From Chiloscyllium plagiosum (lineage: Eukaryota): a DNA stretch of 64,000 bases. The stretch's first letter is position 1. Every line of letters begins with the position of its first letter. Below, piece after piece: positions 23,845 through 35,925 of the stretch. A program made the position numbers and the translations under genes. Location of the stretch: the NCBI RefSeq assembly GCF_004010195.1, contig NC_057718.1, positions 55,088,196 to 55,152,195 on the forward strand, written 5' to 3'. Under the pieces are notes generated by a model. That model worked only from the letters and a program-made list of their open reading frames with translations, did no database searches and was not told the DNA's origin.

Positions 23845-26170
23845 GAGTCCCGCATTCCGTTCTGCCTTAATGTTCCAGGATACAAATGCTACAGGAAGGA
23901 TAGAAAGGGGAGGAGGGGGAGTGGCATTTTTGATAAGGGATAATATTACAGCTGTAACTGAGGGATGATATTCCTGCCCAGGAAAGTTATTTGGGTGGAA
24001 CTGAGAAATAAGAGGGGAATGATTACCTTATTGGGATTGTATTATAGACCCCCTAATAGTCAGAGGGAAATTGAGAAACAAATTTGTAAGGAGACCTCAG
24101 CTATCTGTAAGAATAATAGGCTGGTTATGGTAGGGGATTTTAACTTTGCAAACATAGACTGGGACTGCCATAGTGTTAAGGGTTTAGATGAAGAGGAATT
24201 TGTTAAGTGTGTACAAGAAAATTTTCTGATTCAGTATATGGATGTACCTACTAGAGAAGGTACAAAACTTGACGTACTCTTGGGAAATAAGGCAGGGCAG
24301 GTGACTGAGGTGTCAGTGGGGGAGCGCTTTGGGGCCAGCAACCATAATTCTATTAGATTTAAAACAGTGATGGAAAAGGATAGACCAGATCTAAAAGTTG
24401 AAGTTCTAAATTGGAGAAAGGTCAATTTTGATGGTATTAGGCAAGAACTTTCAAAAGCTGACTGGGGCAGATGTTCACAGGTAAAAAGATGGCTGGAAAA
24501 TGGGAAGCCTTCAGAAATGAGATAACGAGAATCCAGAGAAAGTACACTCTTGTTAGGATGAAAGGCAGGGCTGGTAGGTATAGGGAATTCTGGATGACTA
24601 AAGAAATTGAGGGTTTGGTTCAGAAAAAGAAGGAAGTGTATTTCAGGTATAGACAGGATAGATTGAGTGAATCCTTAGAAGATTATAAAGGAAGTACGAG
24701 TATACTTAAGAGGGAAATCAGGAGGGCAAAAAGGGGACATGAGATAGCTTTGGCAAATAGAATTAAGGAGAATCCAAAGAGTTTTTACAAATACATTAAG
24801 GACAAAAGGGTAACTAGGGAGAGAATAGGGCCCCTCAAAGATCAGCAAGGCGGCCTTTGTGTGGAGCCACAGAAAATGGGGGAGATACTAAACGAGTATT
24901 TTGCATTAGTATTTACTGTGGAAAAGGACATTGAAGATATAGAATATAGGGAAATAGATGGTGACATCTTGAAAAATGTCCATATTACAGAAGAGAAAAT
25001 GCTGGATGTGTTGAAACGCATAAAGATGGATAAATCCCCAGGACCTGATCAGATGTACCTTAGAACGCTGTCTGAAATGAGGAAAGTGATTGCTGGGCCT
25101 CTTGAGACATTTGTATCATCGATAGTCACAAGTGACGTGCCGGAAGATTGGAGATTGGCTAATGTGGTGCTAATGTTTCAGAAGGGTGGTAAGGACAAGC
25201 CAGGGAACTATAGACCAGTGAGCTTGACGTCAGCTGACTGATTTGGATGTGAGCATAAGAGGTATAGTTAGTAAGCTTGCAGATGACACCAAAATTGGAG
25301 GTATAGTGGACAGCGAAGAAGGTTACCTCAGATTACACAGGATCTTGATTAGATGGGCCAATGGGCTTAGAAGTATCAAATGGAGTTTAATTCAGATAAA
25401 TGTGAGGTGCTGCATTTTGGGAAAGCAAATCTTAGCAGAAATTATGCACTTAATGGTAAGGTCCTAGGGAGTGTTGCTTAACAAAGAGATCTTGGAGTGC
25501 AGGTTCATAGCTCCTTGAAAATGGAGTCGCAGGTAGGTAGATAGTGAAGAAGGCGTTTGTTATGCTTTCCTTTATTGGTCAGAGTACTGAGTACAGAAGT
25601 TGGGAGGTCATGCTGCGGCTGTACAGAACATTGGTTAGACCACTGTTGGAATATTGCATGCAATTCTGGTCTTCTTCCTATCGGAAAGATGTTATGAAAC
25701 TTGAAAGGATTCAGAAAATATTTACAAGGATGTTCCCAGGATTGAAGGATTTGAGCTATCGGGAGAGGCTGAACAGGCTGGGGCTGTTTTCCCTGGAGCT
25801 GCGGAGGCTGAGGGGTGACCTTATAGAGGTTTACAAAATTATGAGGGGCATTTCCCTGAGGTTGGGGAGTCCAGAACTAGAGGGCATAGGTTAGGATGAG
25901 AGGGGAAAGATATAAAAGAGACCTAAGGGGCAACCTTTTCACACAGAGGGTGGTACATGTATGGAATGAGCTGCCAGAGGAAGTGGTGGAGGCTAGTACA
26001 ATTGCAACATTTAAAAGGCATTTGGATGGGTATATGAATAGGAAGGGTTTGGAGGGATATGGGCTGAGTCCTGGCATGGGGGGACAAGATTGGGTTGGGA
26101 TATCTGATCGGCATGGACGGGTTGGACCAAAGGATCTGTTTCTGTGCTGTACATCTCTATGACTCTATGC
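23845..26170 (+). mobile_element. CR1/HER1 LINE ORF2 (endonuclease through 3' tail) with internal RT deletion near 25235
   Basis: YYRPPNS, MVGDFN, KSPGPD, PGNYRPVSLTS then a jump to VSKLADDTK, LVRPLLEYC; tail CTCTATGACTCTATG. Confidence 0.93.
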
Positions 26171-26499
26171 AATCATCAGAATGTGGGAGATGAGGAGTTG
26201 CAGGCCATGCACTCCTTGCTGATGTAGAATACAATAAGGAAGACCCATGGAAGGTTGAAAAAAGTGTAGGCAGCAAAAGGGCAAATACCCAATTGCATTT
26301 GCCTGGTGCCTATGGACACTTCACAGGAGTGTTCGCTAACCTGGATCAGGTTCTAACCCCATAAAACAGGGTGAATTGGCCACTGAAACAGCAAGGAGAG
26401 CCTGCAAAAATGTTGATCCCAGTGACAACACCTACACAGAACAATGGCTGATCTGGAGGATGTCCCATGCTTGGGAGAAAGAGATTCTTGAATCAGAGC

Positions 26500-27210
26500 A
26501 CTCCAAAAAAGATTTCAACCTACTGCGTCCAGCATCTGCAGACCTCATTTTCTCTTCAAAGATTTCAACCTACTGCGAATCCTCTTACAAGGATGCCTTC
26601 CTTGAAGAAGCTCTCTTTCTCCCTCTACAAACTTTCCTCATTCCTGAAGAAGGGCTAATGCCCGAAACGTCGATTCTACTGCTCCTTGGATGCTGCCTGA
26701 CCTGCTGTGCTTTTCCAGCAACACATTTTCAGCAAGGGAGAAATGCATCCAGTAAAAGCCCCAAACTCCAGTCCCTTGCGCAGGGACAAAGGGGGTGACC
26801 AAAACAAGGGAGGTATTATCGGAGCCATTCTCCTCTGTATAGAGACAAAAAACCTGCAGATGCTGGAATCCAAAGTAAACAAACTGAATGCTGGAAGAAT
26901 ACAGCAAGGCAGCATCAGGAGGTGGAGGACTCAACATTTCAAACCTTCCCATCTATCCCCGGCTCCCTTTCCAGCACTGCTTCCTCCATTCAATTCCATC
27001 TATTAACTTTTCCATCCAGCCATTAACCGGATTCATTCCCACTATCGACCACTACCTGTGTTCACCTGTCACTACCTCACCATTCTGCTACTGTCCGCAC
27101 CACCCCCCGCTCTCCCCCTTTATCTGTAGCTGCCCCTGCTCCCACATCCAGTTCTGAAGAAGGGTTATCCCTTATGACTTCTCCACCTCCTGATGCTGTT
27201 GGCCTGTTTG
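26500..27210. mobile_element. Two Penelope-like terminal fragments inserted in the ERV gag (about 26500-26732 and 26840-27210)
   Basis: CTGAAGAAGGGCTAATGCCCGAAACGTC...GGATGCTGCCTGACCTGCTG, plus a second inverted-end copy with C-rich interior. Confidence 0.65.
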
Positions 27211-28322
27211 TTCACCACCGTATGCCTGCAGTGAGAGATAGGGATCAGCAGCAGAGAGGTTCAGGGCACCAGCAGCTACTGCAAAGGAAATGCCACAATT
27301 GTGGAGACACAGGTCACTTCACAAGGACTGCAGAATACCCAGGCAGTCAGCTCTGTCACAGAGCCAGGGTCACGATCCCTGTCCATACTGCTGGAAGGAC
27401 CAAAGAGGCAAGCGGCAGTTAATTTGGTAAGGAGATCATGTAGTCAAAATTAGTGAAGGAAATTCTACTGTCTAACTCCTTATACCCCCTTATACCCCTA
27501 AAGTGTGATGGAGCTGCACCTCTCCTCCGTAGGTGTGCAACACCAGATGGGACAGTGTGGAATGGCCCTTGGTTAATGGCGAGGTGGAAGGCCAGACTGT
27601 TGATTTCTCATGGGACAGAGTGGAGTCCAGAATGACCAGACATTTTCTTAACACATGGCACATCCATAAGAAAACTCTTCTGAGTATATTCTCTCGACAC
27701 CTACAGGATGGGATAGAGGCAGAACTTATTGAATTGTTGGTTAATCTCTATATAGATGCAGAGTACATTTTAGGTTTGGATCTTATGAAGAAGTGTAATT
27801 TATTTTTTGATCCAGCCAATTGTATTTGGCAAATGCCCAAGTTTGATGAAGACCCAGCAGAGATTGCGGCACACACATATACACAATGAATTTGTACGGT
27901 GGAGGAATTGAGGATTAGGCACACTGAAATGACTGAGGACCCAGCAGCACAAGCAGTTCTCATCAATCATAAATGTATGTTTGCCACTGACAAACATGAC
28001 TGCAGTCATACAGAGGCAGTTCTAGGTGAACTGCACCCAAAGCTACAAAACCAATACAGTTTCTCCAAGCAGGCAGAGGGGCAAGTGACCAGCTTGTTCA
28101 TGCAAAATGCCCTATACACTATAGCTTCAACCAATAACTCACCAATATGACTGGTGGATAAACTGGATGGCTTTGGCAGCTCACCATCAATTACAAGGAA
28201 CTAAATTAAACCACCATAATCACACACTGACAGTAGTGACTAGCCCTAAAACCATGAGGATGCAGGACTCATGGGCAAAATATTTCACCATGCTGGATAT
28301 TAGTAATGGATTTTGGTCCAAT

Positions 28323-29358
28323 CAAGGTGGTGATGGAGTAGGACGCTTTCGCCAGAGAACGTCTGCTCTATCCGTTCCTTTTATTTTGTTTTCCCTTTTT
28401 TTTCTCTCTTTTATTTCCCTTCTGTTCTTCTCTCTTCTCAGCCCCAGGCCTTGGACCTCATGACCTCTGACATCTCAACCTCGGAACTTGTGGCCTAAAA
28501 CCTCAGAACACACAACCTCCAATCCTGCAGCTTCAGTGTCTCACGCCCTTCAACCTCACAGCATCGGAAGTCCTAGCCTCTGAACCCGTGGCTTTAGACC
28601 TCCCAGCCTCTGACCTCATGGCCTCTGCTTAGACCTAGGCATCATTTTGGCCTGGCGTGGAGGCCTTTTGATTTCTCTTTTTTTTACTCTTTTGTCTTTT
28701 TTTTCTGCTCTTTTATCTTCTCATCCTCCTGGCCTCAGACCTCCAAGCCTCAGAACTCATGACCTCCAACACTGTGGCCTCGAAAATCATGACCTCACGA
28801 CCTCCGAACTCACGACCTCCAACCTCACGGTCTTAGAACTCCTAGCCTCCAAACTCTGAAATCTCGTCCTTTGAACTCCCAGCTTCTGCTTAGACCTAAT
28901 GAGGTGTCCTCTCGACCTGGCGTGGAGGCCTGTTGGCCCAGCATGGCAGTCTCTTGGCTTAGCGTGGCGATCTCCCAGCAGCCCATTGGGGCAGTCTCTT
29001 GGACTGGTGTAGCCTCAGCATAGAGTTCTGGTCTCAAGGTGATTCCAGAGTGATCGCCCGGCCTTGTAAACCCTGAGTTGAAAGCTAGCATAGTCTAGAG
29101 TCAAGAATCGCTGTGGACTAGAGGTTAGGTGCCAACATGGATTTGGTTGGAAGGCCGTTGTACTGAATTTTTTTTTTCCATTTTAATTGCATAAAATTCA
29201 TAAAATGTGCAATAATTCTTTATTTTTCTAAGAACTGTAACTGAAGAAACTGTATCTAGTGACCTTTTACCTAAGATGGCGATGTAAGCGGCAAATTATA
29301 CACTTTTTACTAGACTCATTTGAGTACGTGACAATAAAACTAATTCTAATTCTAATTC
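28323..29358 (+). mobile_element. Non-autonomous LINE-mobilised element with internal minisatellite, inserted in the ERV RT
   Basis: Splits the FWS|IPL codons. Contains repeated ACCTC(C/G)GAACTCA-like units and an internal duplication. Ends GTGACAATAAAA plus (CTAATT)n. Confidence 0.65.
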
Positions 29359-29947
29359 CATTCCACTCCACTGACACTACCAATATAAATTCACCGTCAC
29401 ATTTTACGGTTAGTAGGGACTGCTCAACCCAAGTTTTCACAATTCTCCAACAATATTGGAGGATGGCTAAAGGATTAGATAGGTTTTCTCAACCAGACAT
29501 TTTGGTACAGTATGTGGACGACGATCTCCTGTGCACACAGACAAGGACTGAACATTTGACACTCATAAAGAAACTGTTAATCCTTGGACTAAAAATTAAC
29601 CCCAAGAAGGCACAGATCATGAGGTTCCAGGTCTCATGCTTGGGAACTGTGAAAGCTTAGAGGGAATTCAAAACAGTGAATTAATGCAATAATCCATTTG
29701 CCCCTCCCCAGGAATATGAGCTCACTGTGCTCCTTTCTGGGTTTATGGGATACTGTCAGAACCACATCAATAGTTTTACCACTAAAACCACCCACACTCT
29801 GAACTCTGAAATGGCCTGTAGGAATGGACTGAACAGCACACAAGCACTGTGGCGGAATTAAAGCAGGCAGTAGTGCAGGTTTCTGACTCAGAACTTCCCT
29901 TCATCTCGGAAGTTGCAGCCACAGATGCCTCACTGGCAGCAGTGCTT

Positions 29948-30268
29948 AGAACATAGAATCTCTACAGTGTGGAAGCCACTTGGCCTATTGAGTCCATACT
30001 GACTCTTCGAAGAGCACCCAGACTTACCCCACTGTATTTCCAATGGCAAATCCACTTAGTCTGTACACCCCTGGACACAATGGATAATTTAGCAATGCCA
30101 ATCCACCTAACCTGCACATCCTTGGACCTTGGGAGGAAATGGAGCACCTGGAGAAAACCCTCGCAGACATGGGGAGAATGTGCAAACCCCATACAGACAG
30201 TTGCCCAAAGATGGAATCGAACCCAGGTTGCTGTGAGGCAGCAGTGCTAGCCACTGAGCCACCACGTC
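29948..30268 (-). mobile_element. HE1-type SINE inserted in the ERV RNase H
   Basis: Reverse complement of SINE head (GTGGTGGCTCAGTGGCTAGCACTGCTGCCTCACAGC) and CR1-like tail. Confidence 0.85.
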
Positions 30269-31799
30269 ACCCGTACTTTTCCAAGAACGACACAATAAAC
30301 TCGGATCAGTAGCCTATGCCTCCCAGACCTTTTCACCAGTAGAGCACGACTTCTCTATGTGTGAGAAGCAATTATTAGCTGTGTTCCGGGCAGAACAACG
30401 CTTTGCCTATGTTATTGACCTGAGCCCCTAATAAGTCTGACAGAGCATGCCTCCATTTGCTGGACGGCAGGATTAAAGATGGTATTGTCAGCCAAAATCA
30501 TACAGTGTACTGGACCCTAATGCTACAGAGTCGTGACAAATGTACCAACGTCACTTTGAGCTAAAACAAGGACAAAGGCTGAGTTAAAGCAAGTAAAGGA
30601 GGAAATGATTCCTGCCTCGTATATCAAGTAGTAGGACAAGTACTAAGGATGGACTTGTTCTCAAAGGTGGATGCTCCGTGCTACCAGTCAATGAACAAAT
30701 CAAGTGATATATCAATGCTATGATTCCAGGGTCATCAAGGGACAGAAACCACAATTGACTGAATTAAGAAATTGTGTAGGTAGCTAGAAATGGGAAAAAA
30801 ATAGAAAACAGTATTTCAAGAATTGTATCATCTAGAACAATGCAGACAAGTATGCCAACAAAGGAAAGTTAAGGCATACTTTGACAGTAGCAGGACCATT
30901 TCAAATAGACCACGTCTACCTCCTACCAAAGTGGGGTGTAAATATTTCCTGGTCTTCATGGACGTTTTTAGCAAATGGATAGAGCCATTTCCCCTTTGAA
31001 TGGATACTGCTAAAGTTGTAGCAGACATTTTAATTCAACACATATTCACTAGATTGGCAAAAATTCGTTCACAAAAATAACTTAACCTGGAACATAGTTT
31101 GACCTTTTGTCCTCATGCTCATAAGGAACTCACCTTCTAGTTCAACTGGATTCACTCTTCACATACAATTGACTGGATGCTCCATGAGATGTATTGAACC
31201 CTTAATAGGGCAGGACTAGACAGAGCCCAAGGTCGAAGCTCTCTGCTTGAGAAAACCATGAAAATTCTATTAGGAAATGTCAAGGTTGCACACAAAGCAG
31301 TGGCCATCAGAATGACAAAAAGAAAAAAGTGGAGAAAGGCGTACTTTGATGCAGTGAGTGATGTTACAAACTTTCCAGCCAGGAACATTTCTTTCTCTGA
31401 GATATTTAGGTCTCCACTTGGAAGGGGACAAGACCAGCCCATCCATGCACAGAAGTTTGTTAGATTCACGAAAAACTGGATGATACCACATTAATCAGTT
31501 AAAAGGTCTACAGAGCCCAAGGCAACAGCCACTAACTCCATGTGTTTATTGGGGAACTGGGGGAAGTGGATGCTAAACCAGTCCTAATCCAGACTGTGGA
31601 CCAGTTTTGGTTCAGACCCAATCCAAATTCCTGATCCTGATCCTGATCCAGAAGCAGCCCCATTTACCGATCCAGCCAAGGATCCTCGACCAACACTGGA
31701 AAGTGTCCCTCTTGAAAGCTCAACCATGGGAATTGAACCACAGTTGGCCCCACCAATTCAGGTCAGAAGAGGCACACCTCAGCATATATCAGCCCTGAA

Positions 31800-33720
31800 G
31801 CGAAAGTGATGGATAGAGACAGGTATCCAAATTTGGTTCAATATTATAGGAGGATAATTACAGAGGCCACCTTGATCCAATCTCTCCAAGATGATGATAT
31901 ATTACCTGTTGGTCTCAACTGGATTGCCAGGATACAATTGTCGAAAGTGTTATTTGGGCAAGGGTATACATACCCCGGCTCTATGTGTTTTGTCCCACCA
32001 AAGGCAAATGAATATTTGTGGGTCCATTCCAACAATCCATGATGGGGGGGGGGGGGGGGGGGGTGAGTGCAAAATCTAGCAGGATGCACACAGAAAGACA
32101 AATAGGAGCTCAGATTATTGCTACCAGAGCACAGACACTATGGGGGACTGGTAGGGTTTTTCCATAAACAGATATACAGAAATGGGATGTTTGGCTACAG
32201 ACCCAAATAAAGGGCTACACATTTGGCAACGATGCCCCAGTAAAGTCATACGGGGAGCAATGTCCCATATGAAGTTATAAATGGACTACAGCCAGCCAGA
32301 CGTGCACCCCTATATGTTTGTTTGAGGATGACCCAGGACCACAAGATGAGATTGTTTTAAAACACACAGGCAAAATGGTGAATGACAGCATACACGATAA
32401 ATTGGTACCAGTGCTATTAGATTTATCCAGAACCCAGCTGCCAGAGTGGTGTCTTTCCCAACTTCAAAAATTATACCTGCATTGGACCCATTGGCTCTTA
32501 AGATGGAAAACCTGAATTGACATGGGAAAGCCGGACCCAGGCCAGCGGGGCATAGTAAAAGAGATATGTTGAATGATTTGATATTTACAGAGCAAGAGTG
32601 AGCACAGTCAGTCCCCTTGGTTTGTCTAATTTGAATCATCAGCTCAAATGTTTAACCCAGCAAGTAAAACACATCTTAGATAAAATTAACCTGGACAGTC
32701 AGCAGATGCCGAGGAGGGGAATTTTAAAAATATCAGGCAGACCAAAATCTGGTAAAGGTGCTTGGAGGGCATGCCTGGTCCATAAATTAGATCACTGGGG
32801 AAAGATAGATGATGACAACAGGCAATAGAATATGACCATGTGCAACATTTATGGTCAGTTAATGGTCAAATGGTTGAGGGAGAATCTCAAGCAGGTTAAG
32901 CAAGGACAGGTCTCAATCTTGGATCAGTGATGAGCAGATAGAGCACTTATTCCGTGGGACAAGGCACCCTAATATTTCAAAGTTGTCGATTACAATAATT
33001 GATCAAGGTCTGGTTTAACAACGATTGAAAGGGAAAGGTCATGTGAATGGTACTGAGGACTCAATCATAACACTCAAAGCAAAGTGGGTTACAAGTCTTC
33101 AAGGTGGAAAATGTCAGCATTATTTTCAGGGGAGTGTGGTTAGAATATGGATAGCATCCTTCTGTAACCTGTTGAAAAAGAGGAAAGACTCATAGATACC
33201 ACTCTAGATAAATGTAAGCAGACAAAATAAGTCATTGTGTGCCCCTAACCCATATATTCAAATGAATGTGCTTTGTGAGGCTTTTGGACAAATGCAAGTT
33301 TTAAATTATACTGTAGAGATCCTGACCTGAACACAGATATCCACAGGAGGAGTAAAATCTTTGTCAATGTCAGTGACAAGCTCAGACAAACTTCAGGACA
33401 TGACTAGGAGAAGTATGACACCGGCATTGAACTCCTACCAGAAAAATTACCATAGGTCCAAACACTATTGGCAAATTCACATAAAGTTTTGCTACTGTTA
33501 TTCAGTAGACAGAGCAAATTCAAAAGGTATCAGGAAAATCAAAGTGTCAAATGATGGGATAACTTCTGGAACTGGAACTTAAACATGTAGATACACCCCT
33601 AAATATGTCTTTTATCACACATGGCTGTATTGTTCATCCTGTTTACATTGATCTACCTCACCGACCTCACAGTTAAATTCATCTGCTGGAACTCATGCAG
33701 AAACTACCTATGGACTGTAT
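31800..33720 (+). pseudogene. ERV env remnant (class I fusion protein-like)
   Basis: LVPVLLDLS; basic site HSKR|DMLNDL near 32551-32580; heptad LSNLNHQLKCLTQQVKHILDKI; LDKCKQTK*VIVCP; WDNFWNW..IHP then hydrophobic ICLLSHMAVLFILFTLIYL near 33555-33660. Confidence 0.65.
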
Positions 33721-34068
33721 GTTCCTACAGCAGGGAGCCAAGGAATTAATGACATCAGACTGCAACATGAAAGAACTAAGTAACTTGTTGTGCAGAATGA
33801 ACTTTATTGAATGCTGTTAATCACCGAAGAGGTTTACAGTTCTGCCAGTGTATGTAAATAGTAGCTAATTCTCAATTTATGTATTAAGATATTTGATGTG
33901 CGTAAGGAAGACAGTTATTGTACAAGATATTATTGTTTATGTACACTGGGAATCACAGATACTCAGAGAGTTAGACTAACCATCTGAGACTTGATATTTG
34001 CCTGCTTGAGAGTGTGGTCTGAACCTGTGATCCTGTTTTCACTAGATGCTTCAAGGGATCAACAGGAG

Positions 34069-34791
34069 TGAGACGAGACTGTGCCTTTAAGAGAGAGGTG
34101 TTATGCGCAGTTTCTCTTACAGAGGAGTATTGCCAGAATGGTACCAGAAAGCCTCCTTCAGACAGGCAGTTGGTAAACAACTTTTGAGTTCTCCTTGGGT
34201 CTTTTTAAAAAATGTGTCAAAAGAAGCAGGAGTGGGTGGGGTCAGGGCTTATGCAGGAAGAATGCCTCATATTCTGCCTTGGGACCCTGCAACCACACGG
34301 GATAAATGTAGATTTCAACAGCTTCCTCATTTCCCCTACCCCAACATTATCCCAGCTGCAAGCCTCCAATTTGCACCACTGTCTGGACCTGTCCATCACT
34401 CCACCCTCTGACCTATCAACTTCATCCAACTATCGCTTTCTCAGCTACCTTCCCCCAAATTCCACCCCCTCTGATTTATCTCTCAGCCCCAACCCACAAG
34501 CCTCATTCCTGATGAAGGGCTTATGCCCAAAATGTCGTTTCTCCTCCTCGGATGCTGCCTGACTTGCTGTGCTTAGCTAGCACTTCACTCTCGACTCTGA
34601 TCTCTAGCATCTGCAGTCCTCACTTTCTCCATGTTTTCATTAAAACCTGGTCATGGACCAATTGAATAACATCTGGAACACAACACCTTACAGTTGCCTT
34701 TTAATAAATATAAAATTTATGGACTAGACCATTTCCTTACAATAGTTTGCTTAGTGATGGCAGGGGTGTACCTCTGGTCCGGTCCAAAACA
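34069..34791 (+). mobile_element. Solo Gypsy-type LTR inserted at the ERV PPT/3' LTR junction, itself disrupted by a Penelope-like fragment (about 34250-34632)
   Basis: TG...CA ends; CTGTGCCTTTAAG start and ACATCTGGAACACAACACCTTA...GGTCCAAAACA end are homologous to 48352-48985. Confidence 0.6.
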
Positions 34792-34795
34792 GGAC

Positions 34796-35574
34796 AGGTT
34801 TTGGTCAAGGAACCACAGTCCCCAAAGTTGGACATTCTAAATTGCCCCACAGCCGGAGAAATCAAGCCTGACAGAAAATTGGCCAAACTAAATTATACAG
34901 TGACCAACTATATGCTACAGATAACAGTGATCAAAGAAGTTACAAAGTTCAAGAGGAAACCAGTTACAACCAGCCTGAGGGTTGTGGATTGGAGAAGTAA
35001 TGATCAGATATTGTGGCATCTTGATTGTCTACATGCAATTTATATCTTCCAGCATGGTAATAGTGAAGAATGTTGGCGTAACTCTGTTGGATGATTTTAG
35101 TCCCATTGGTCAAAGGCCACAGAGCATTCTAGAAGATTTGGTGCAAGGGAGATAAAAACTCACACACACACCTGGAAATGAGCCACTAAGTGAAGAGTCA
35201 GTGAAGCCTTGCAGCAAACTTCATGCTCAAAGACAGTGCAGCAATCTATGATTCCCAGAAGATCTGGCCTGACCCATGAGACCCAGCTTTGAAGGAGTCA
35301 GTCCTATGTTGTAGAGGAAAGTGATTTCAACAGCCTTCCATGGATGGTTGCAGGTAATATCCTTTCTCAAACATCTGGAGGTGGATAGAGAGTAAATATT
35401 GTGGGAATTTGGGAAATACTCACATAGTGTTTTTAATAAAGAATATTTTGTTAATAAAATCAGAGCTGAATCACAAACTCAATTCTGTGTCCCTTTGTCT
35501 GACTCACTGACTTGAGCACTTGGGTTAAGTTTTTAATACATAAACTGGTCAAACTATCCAAAGCACAGATAACA
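34796..35574 (+). repeat. ERV 3' LTR
   Basis: Colinear homology with the 5' LTR; GATAAAAA TATA-like box near 35151, AATAAA near 35435, ends CAGATAACA. Confidence 0.8.
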
Positions 35575-35589
35575 GTACAAAGTTATGAA

Positions 35590-35925
35590 CAATATGTATA
35601 GGGAGAAATATTTCCCCTTAGTAGAGATGTTGATAACAAGAAGCTACAGTTTTAGAGCAAGGAGTAGAAGGTGTAGAGGGGATTTGTGGAAAATATTTTC
35701 ACCCTGAGAGTCATGAATATTTGGAACTCATGCCTAAAAGGGTGTAGAAGGTGTAAACCTCAAGACATTCAATAACTATTTAGATGCGCACTTCAAACAC
35801 TACAGCGTACAAGGTTAAAAGCCAAGACCTGGAAAATAAGATTAGAATAGAAAGAAGCTTGATGGCCAGCATGGACACAATGGGCCAAAAGGCCTTTTAC
35901 TGTGCTGTGAAAACTGTCTGTGACT
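35590..35925 (+). mobile_element. CR1 3' fragment
   Basis: CR1 ORF2 C-terminal remnant and GGACACAATGGGCCAAAAGGCCT tail. Confidence 0.7.

Larger units (their letters stand above)
22600..27420 (+). pseudogene. ERV gag remnant (interrupted by CR1 and Penelope-like inserts)
   Basis: Purine-rich, coiled-coil-like fragments (ADHSKCQCEIEKLKVQ). CHNCGDTGHFTR(fs)DC zinc knuckle at about 27291-27332. Start is approximate. Confidence 0.6.
27533..31500 (+). pseudogene. ERV pol remnant: protease, RT, Gypsy-like RNase H, integrase
   Basis: PLVNGEVEGQ...YILGLDL; NNSPI*LVDKLDG/WQLTINYKELN; YFTMLDISNGFWS|IPL; VQYVDDDLL; GLKINPKKAQ; LCSFLG; EVAATDASLAAVL; VAYAS.TFSPVE..FSMCEKQLLAV; GHQGTETT; KYFLVFMDVFSKWIEPFP. 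Confidence 0.88.
19283..35574 (+). mobile_element. Degenerate endogenous retrovirus (lokiretrovirus/foamy-like), LTR-gag-pol-env-LTR, with several nested insertions
   Basis: Two homologous LTRs, a PBS, and CCHC, protease, RT, RNase H, integrase and env remnants in colinear order. Confidence 0.85.

Noticed and set aside
23965..25241. Longest ORFs (186 and 256 aa) as a host gene
   Set aside because: They are frameshifted CR1 ORF2 pieces (endonuclease and pre-RT motifs)
28440..28900. CRISPR-like repeat-spacer array
   Set aside because: Degenerate minisatellite without unique spacers, in vertebrate DNA with no cas genes
32043..32063. Poly-G run (also poly-C near 52033) as a G-quadruplex element
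   Set aside because: Simple homopolymers of uncertain length with no supporting context
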